Assembly: GCA_965223325.1 (NCBI GenBank)
Contig: CBDCWI010000002.1
Span: 544,001 to 608,000, forward strand
Direction of reading: 5' to 3'
From: Candidatus Multivoradales bacterium
GTDB taxonomy: Bacteria; Acidobacteriota; Thermoanaerobaculia; Multivoradales; Multivoraceae
DNA: 64,000 bases
The position numbers and the translations under genes are program-made. Below the pieces are notes generated by a model, which saw only the letters and a program-made list of their open reading frames with translations, had not been told where the DNA came from and did not search any database. Shown piece by piece: positions 59,566-64,000 of this stretch. Each line of letters starts with the position of its first letter. Position 1 is the stretch's first letter.

Positions 59566-59676
59566 CGATCGCCGTGGTTTGACGGCCTCTTTAGGGCGAC
59601 GGTGGGTTCGGGTGGCGGTGCTGTTGGAGCGGCTGACTCGTGAGTGCGGCAGGTCGTTACCACGGCGATCGTTACC
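59561..59676. repeat. Module bounded by an 18-bp inverted repeat (GGTAACGATCGCCGTGGT)
   Basis: 59561-59578 is the exact reverse complement of 59659-59676; 14/18 identical to the 48.4-kb terminal motif. Confidence 0.9.
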
Positions 59677-59728
59677 CGTCACTTTTGCGGCGCAAGCGCT
59701 CCGACGGGCGGGCTGTGTGCGGGGGCGC

Positions 59729-60114
59729 TCGCCCTGCACTTGCGATCTCGGACTACGGCGGCCCGGCGCGCGCCGCGGATTCTTACCCTCTCGAAACCTC
59801 TTCCCGGAAGTCCTTCTCAGAGCTCCCTGGCTGGATGACCGCCAGATCGCTACCGGTCGCCCTGCACTTGCGATCTCGGACTGCGGTGGCACGGCGCGCG
59901 CCGCGGATTCTTGCCCTCTCGAAACCTCTTCCCGGAAGTCCTTTTCAGAGCTCCCTGGTTGGATGACCGCCAGATCGCTACCGGTCGCCCTGCACTTGCG
60001 ATCTCGGACTGCGGTGGCACGGCGCGCGCCGCGGATTCTTGCCCTCTCGAAACCTCTTCCCGGAAGTCCTTTTCAGAACTCCCTGGCTGGATGACCGCCA
60101 GATCGCTACCGGTC
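59729..60114. repeat. Three tandem 128-bp repeats
   Basis: TCGCCCTGCACTTGCG starts at 59729, 59857 and 59985; near-identical units. Confidence 0.95.
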
Positions 60115-60169
60115 ACGCCCGCGCAGCAAGCGCTCCGACGCGCGGCTGTGTGCGCCGGCCGGCCGGCGC

Positions 60170-61300
60170 TCAGCCTCTCGCGCTGACGCGCAGCACCTTT
60201 GCGTCGGCTGAGACTTCCAGGTCGGAGGCCAGGGCTACGGATCGCAGGGCCTCCTCGAGGTTGCTGATGGCGAGGGGCGATCCCGACATGCGGCTTGCGA
60301 GTTGGTCGGCGACCGAGGCCGCTTCGACCAGCTCGAGACCGTGCTCGCGGGCGATGGCCGCTAGTACTTGACGGATCTCACGCCCGTCGACCGGTAGCTT
60401 GGGCGCCGCCGCGGCAACCCACTGCCAGGTGGTACCGAATGGGTCGACGGAGCGCCGTTGTGGCGGGCCGTCGACCGCGTAGCGCAGTTCTTCACCCGCC
60501 AGGACGACCAGGGTGGCAACGGCATCGTCGTCTGCGGCTGCGGGCGCTAGATCGACCCGGCCCTCGCGTACGCGGATACGCAGTGCACCGCTGTCCCCTT
60601 CCTTCGCCTCCTCTTCATTGGCCTCGAGCAAACGTACTTCGAACTGCGTTCCGATATCGCGCGCCTCACCGTAAACAGTCACGACGCGCAGGTGCGCGGA
60701 GGTATCGCCGTCTGAGCCGGAGTCGACGTAGACCGCCCCACGGCTGAGCGAGACGGTCGCCCGGCTGGTGATCTCGAGTTGACTGTTTTGATCCAGGCGC
60801 ACGGTCAACCCGTCGGCGAGTTCGGCAGTGGCGAAACTCTGCGGTCCGGTGACAAGAGACGCACCGGCAACAACTGGCACTCCCTCGTCGAGGGACCCCA
60901 GGGCGGGATCTGACCAGGCAGCCTGGCCGCCAACGCGAAGCACTGAGCCCAACACCTCGACCGGAACCTCTGCAATCACGCCGGCTGGTGGGGGCCCATC
61001 GGGCGACGGCCGGTTGACGAGCCAGGCCAGGCCGAGTACGAGGAGTGCCAGAACGGCGGCAAGCAGCCATGGCGCCGGCCTCTCGGCCTCGAATTCGGGC
61101 GTTTCTGCCGGTTGCGCTCCCCATCTCTTCTGCCACTCTGCATGTGCCGCCTTGCGCAACTGGGCGGTCGTTTCTGGAGGGGGATCCGGGCGCGGACCCG
61201 CTGCACCCAACAGCGCGCGGAGTTCCCTCTCCTGCTCGCTGTCGTCGCGCGCCTGGCTGGCGCGCCTTCGATCTTTGCCGTCGCTCATCGCCTGGGTCAA
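60170..61300 (-). CDS. FecR family anti-sigma factor
   Basis: One TM helix, VRLDQNS.L, L.RGAVYVD, DIGTQFEVR, VREGRV, W.WV. Confidence 0.88.
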   Translation of the reverse strand: MTQAMSDGKDRRRASQARDDSEQERELRALLGAAGPRPDPPPETTAQLRKAAHAEWQKRWGAQPAETPEFEAERPAPWLLAAVLALLVLGLAWLVNRPSPDGPPPAGVIAEVPVEVLGSVLRVGGQAAWSDPALGSLDEGVPVVAGASLVTGPQSFATAELADGLTVRLDQNSQLEITSRATVSLSRGAVYVDSGSDGDTSAHLRVVTVYGEARDIGTQFEVRLLEANEEEAKEGDSGALRIRVREGRVDLAPAAADDDAVATLVVLAGEELRYAVDGPPQRRSVDPFGTTWQWVAAAAPKLPVDGREIRQVLAAIAREHGLELVEAASVADQLASRMSGSPLAISNLEEALRSVALASDLEVSADAKVLRVSARG

Positions 61301-61926
61301 TCCATGAAGTCATCGTGAAAGGGTTGGAACCGGGTCCTGAAGGCGCCTCGTGCACGGGTGAGCAGAGACTCCGCCGCCTTGGGTGTGACCTCGAGACGCT
61401 CGGCGATTTCCGCCACCGGCAGCTGCTCGAGGTACTTCCACTCGAGCGCCCTGGCATGTCGGGGCGGCAGCTCATCGAGGACCTGGTGGACCAGGGCGCC
61501 CTTCTCGCGCAGCATGAGCGCCGCTTCCGGTCCGAGCAGGTCGTGGCCGCGCCGCCAGGTCTCGAGGGCACCACGCTCCTCGTCGGTGTCGAGCTGTACC
61601 TCGCTACGTTGCTTACGCCGCAGGTACATCCCGATCTCGTTGCGACAGCAGGTGTAGAGCCAATTCAGGAGAGGTGCGTCGGCCCTGAAGCTGTCTAGCT
61701 TCGCGATCACTTTACAGAGCGCGGTCTGCGCAAGTTCGCGCGCCACCTCTGGGTCCTTCATCTGACGGGCTGCGAAGCGATAGAGGACCGGCAGGTACTC
61801 GTCGCAGAAGAGATCGAAGGCCGCCTCTTCGCCCGCCATCATGCGCTCGACCAGCCGTCGGTCGGCGGCAAGATCTTCGGCGGAGGCACGCGCAGCGCTC
61901 CGTTCTACCGCCTGGCGACCGTTCAT
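61297..61926 (-). CDS. ECF RNA polymerase sigma factor
   Basis: DRRLVERM..G.E.AF, WLYT.CRN region 2, L..LP.R...LE.KY...EIAE.L...ESLL.RAR region 4. Start approximate. Confidence 0.9.
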   Translation of the reverse strand: MNGRQAVERSAARASAEDLAADRRLVERMMAGEEAAFDLFCDEYLPVLYRFAARQMKDPEVARELAQTALCKVIAKLDSFRADAPLLNWLYTCCRNEIGMYLRRKQRSEVQLDTDEERGALETWRRGHDLLGPEAALMLREKGALVHQVLDELPPRHARALEWKYLEQLPVAEIAERLEVTPKAAESLLTRARGAFRTRFQPFHDDFMD

Positions 61927-62098
61927 CCGGGCGGGCCGTGCCACGGACTCACTCTCGACTGCCCCGAGTGATCGATCTGCCAGACTCTGACCACTAGACT
62001 CGATTCCGCCAACACCGCCCCTCCGAGGCATATTGCACCGCGTTCGCACGCCAGGTTGGATGCCTGAGCCTACGAAATCCCTCTCTGAAAGAAGCAGA

Positions 62099-62442
62099 AT
62101 GTCACTAAAAACCGCATTTCTCGGGCTTCTGCTGGCACCCGCCCTGGCTTTCGCGTCCCCGACCGAAGAGACGGCCTGGCCGCTCGAGCGAGTGGCGAAC
62201 GGGGTGTTTGCTGCTCTCTTGCCTCCCGCCGAACGCTTCGACGACGCCAACTCGCTGATTGTCGTTGGCTAGCGCGCCGCGCTGGTGGTCGACGCCCAGG
62301 CCAATGACGAGACGGTCAGAGCGATTCAACGGGCAACCGCCAGGACGACCCGGTCGCCGCGCGCAACGGGCAGGGCTTTCTGCCACAGGGGATCGAGCGC
62401 GCCTGGCTGGAGGCCCGCGAAGAACTCGACGCCGTCCCCTGA
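62099..62442 (+). pseudogene. Internally deleted MBL-fold metallo-hydrolase remnant
   Basis: Signal peptide and ERVANGVFA...DANSLIVVG*RAALVVDAQ (TAG 62270). No HxHxDH motif. A shifted frame gives a plausible C-terminus DDPVAAR..GFLPQGIERAWLEAREEL* ending at 62442. Confidence 0.65.
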
Positions 62443-62589
62443 AGCCGCCGCGGTTGCCGCTCGCCGCGAGACAGAGCTACACTTCTCCGGCCCCGGTTTT
62501 CGCCGGGTCACAAGCTTTTTGAGTTCTTGCGATCGATCGGTTGGCCCGAGCTCCGCTGCTCGCTCTCAGACGGTCGCGAAGGAGTGTCG

Positions 62590-64000
<1,411 letters not shown>

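Noticed and set aside
60152-60169. Perfect 18-bp GC palindrome after the FecR stop as an intrinsic terminator
   Set aside because: No U-tract on either strand; function cannot be supported.
59579-60371. Short ORFs running through the 128-bp repeats (and 50743-51141 through the 240-bp repeats)
   Set aside because: 128 is not a multiple of 3, and unit 1 of the other array is 239 bp, so frames are not preserved; no protein motifs.
62270-62272. In-frame TAG as pyrrolysine or readthrough
   Set aside because: The downstream frame loses similarity and lacks HxHxDH; a pseudogene is the simpler explanation.

Overview
GC-rich bacterial chromosomal window. It most likely comes from Acidobacteriota, probably Thermoanaerobaculia-like, judged by an ADOP permease, a 'WFF..N.ELLVKVLDAC' C-terminal domain and an 'LFEDDFESG' C-terminal tail. 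From left to right it holds: a 2-phosphoglycerate-kinase-like/ApgM fusion with ppx; an Lrp-associated Phe/Tyr catabolic cluster (aminotransferase-hppD-hmgA-phhA-unknown-fahA) with no recognisable maleylacetoacetate isomerase; a ~4300-aa SdrD-B/jelly-roll repeat protein ending in a C25 peptidase; assorted metabolic genes (ThDP enzyme, P450, B3 metallo-beta-lactamase, tandem IDH-family pair, orphan GH24 lysozyme plus lipoprotein); a RAYT-type HUH transposase flanked by GTGTCTGACAC palindromes; PBP1B; a selenoprotein (UPFC, in-frame TGA plus SECIS-like hairpin) split by the ORF caller; an arylsulfotransferase; argG, MATE and GT39 genes; an ECF-FecR-TonB receptor trio; an MBL-fold pseudogene; and the start of sucA. 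The most striking non-coding structure is a family of intergenic repeat arrays (240-bp units at 48.4-51.1 kb, a homologous inverted locus with 128-bp units at 59.6-60.2 kb). Their 18-bp terminal motif supplies the stop codons of neighbouring genes, and an intact group II intron has inserted into one unit, with an EBS1 that matches the repeat. All calls come from motif reading by eye; no database searches were run.
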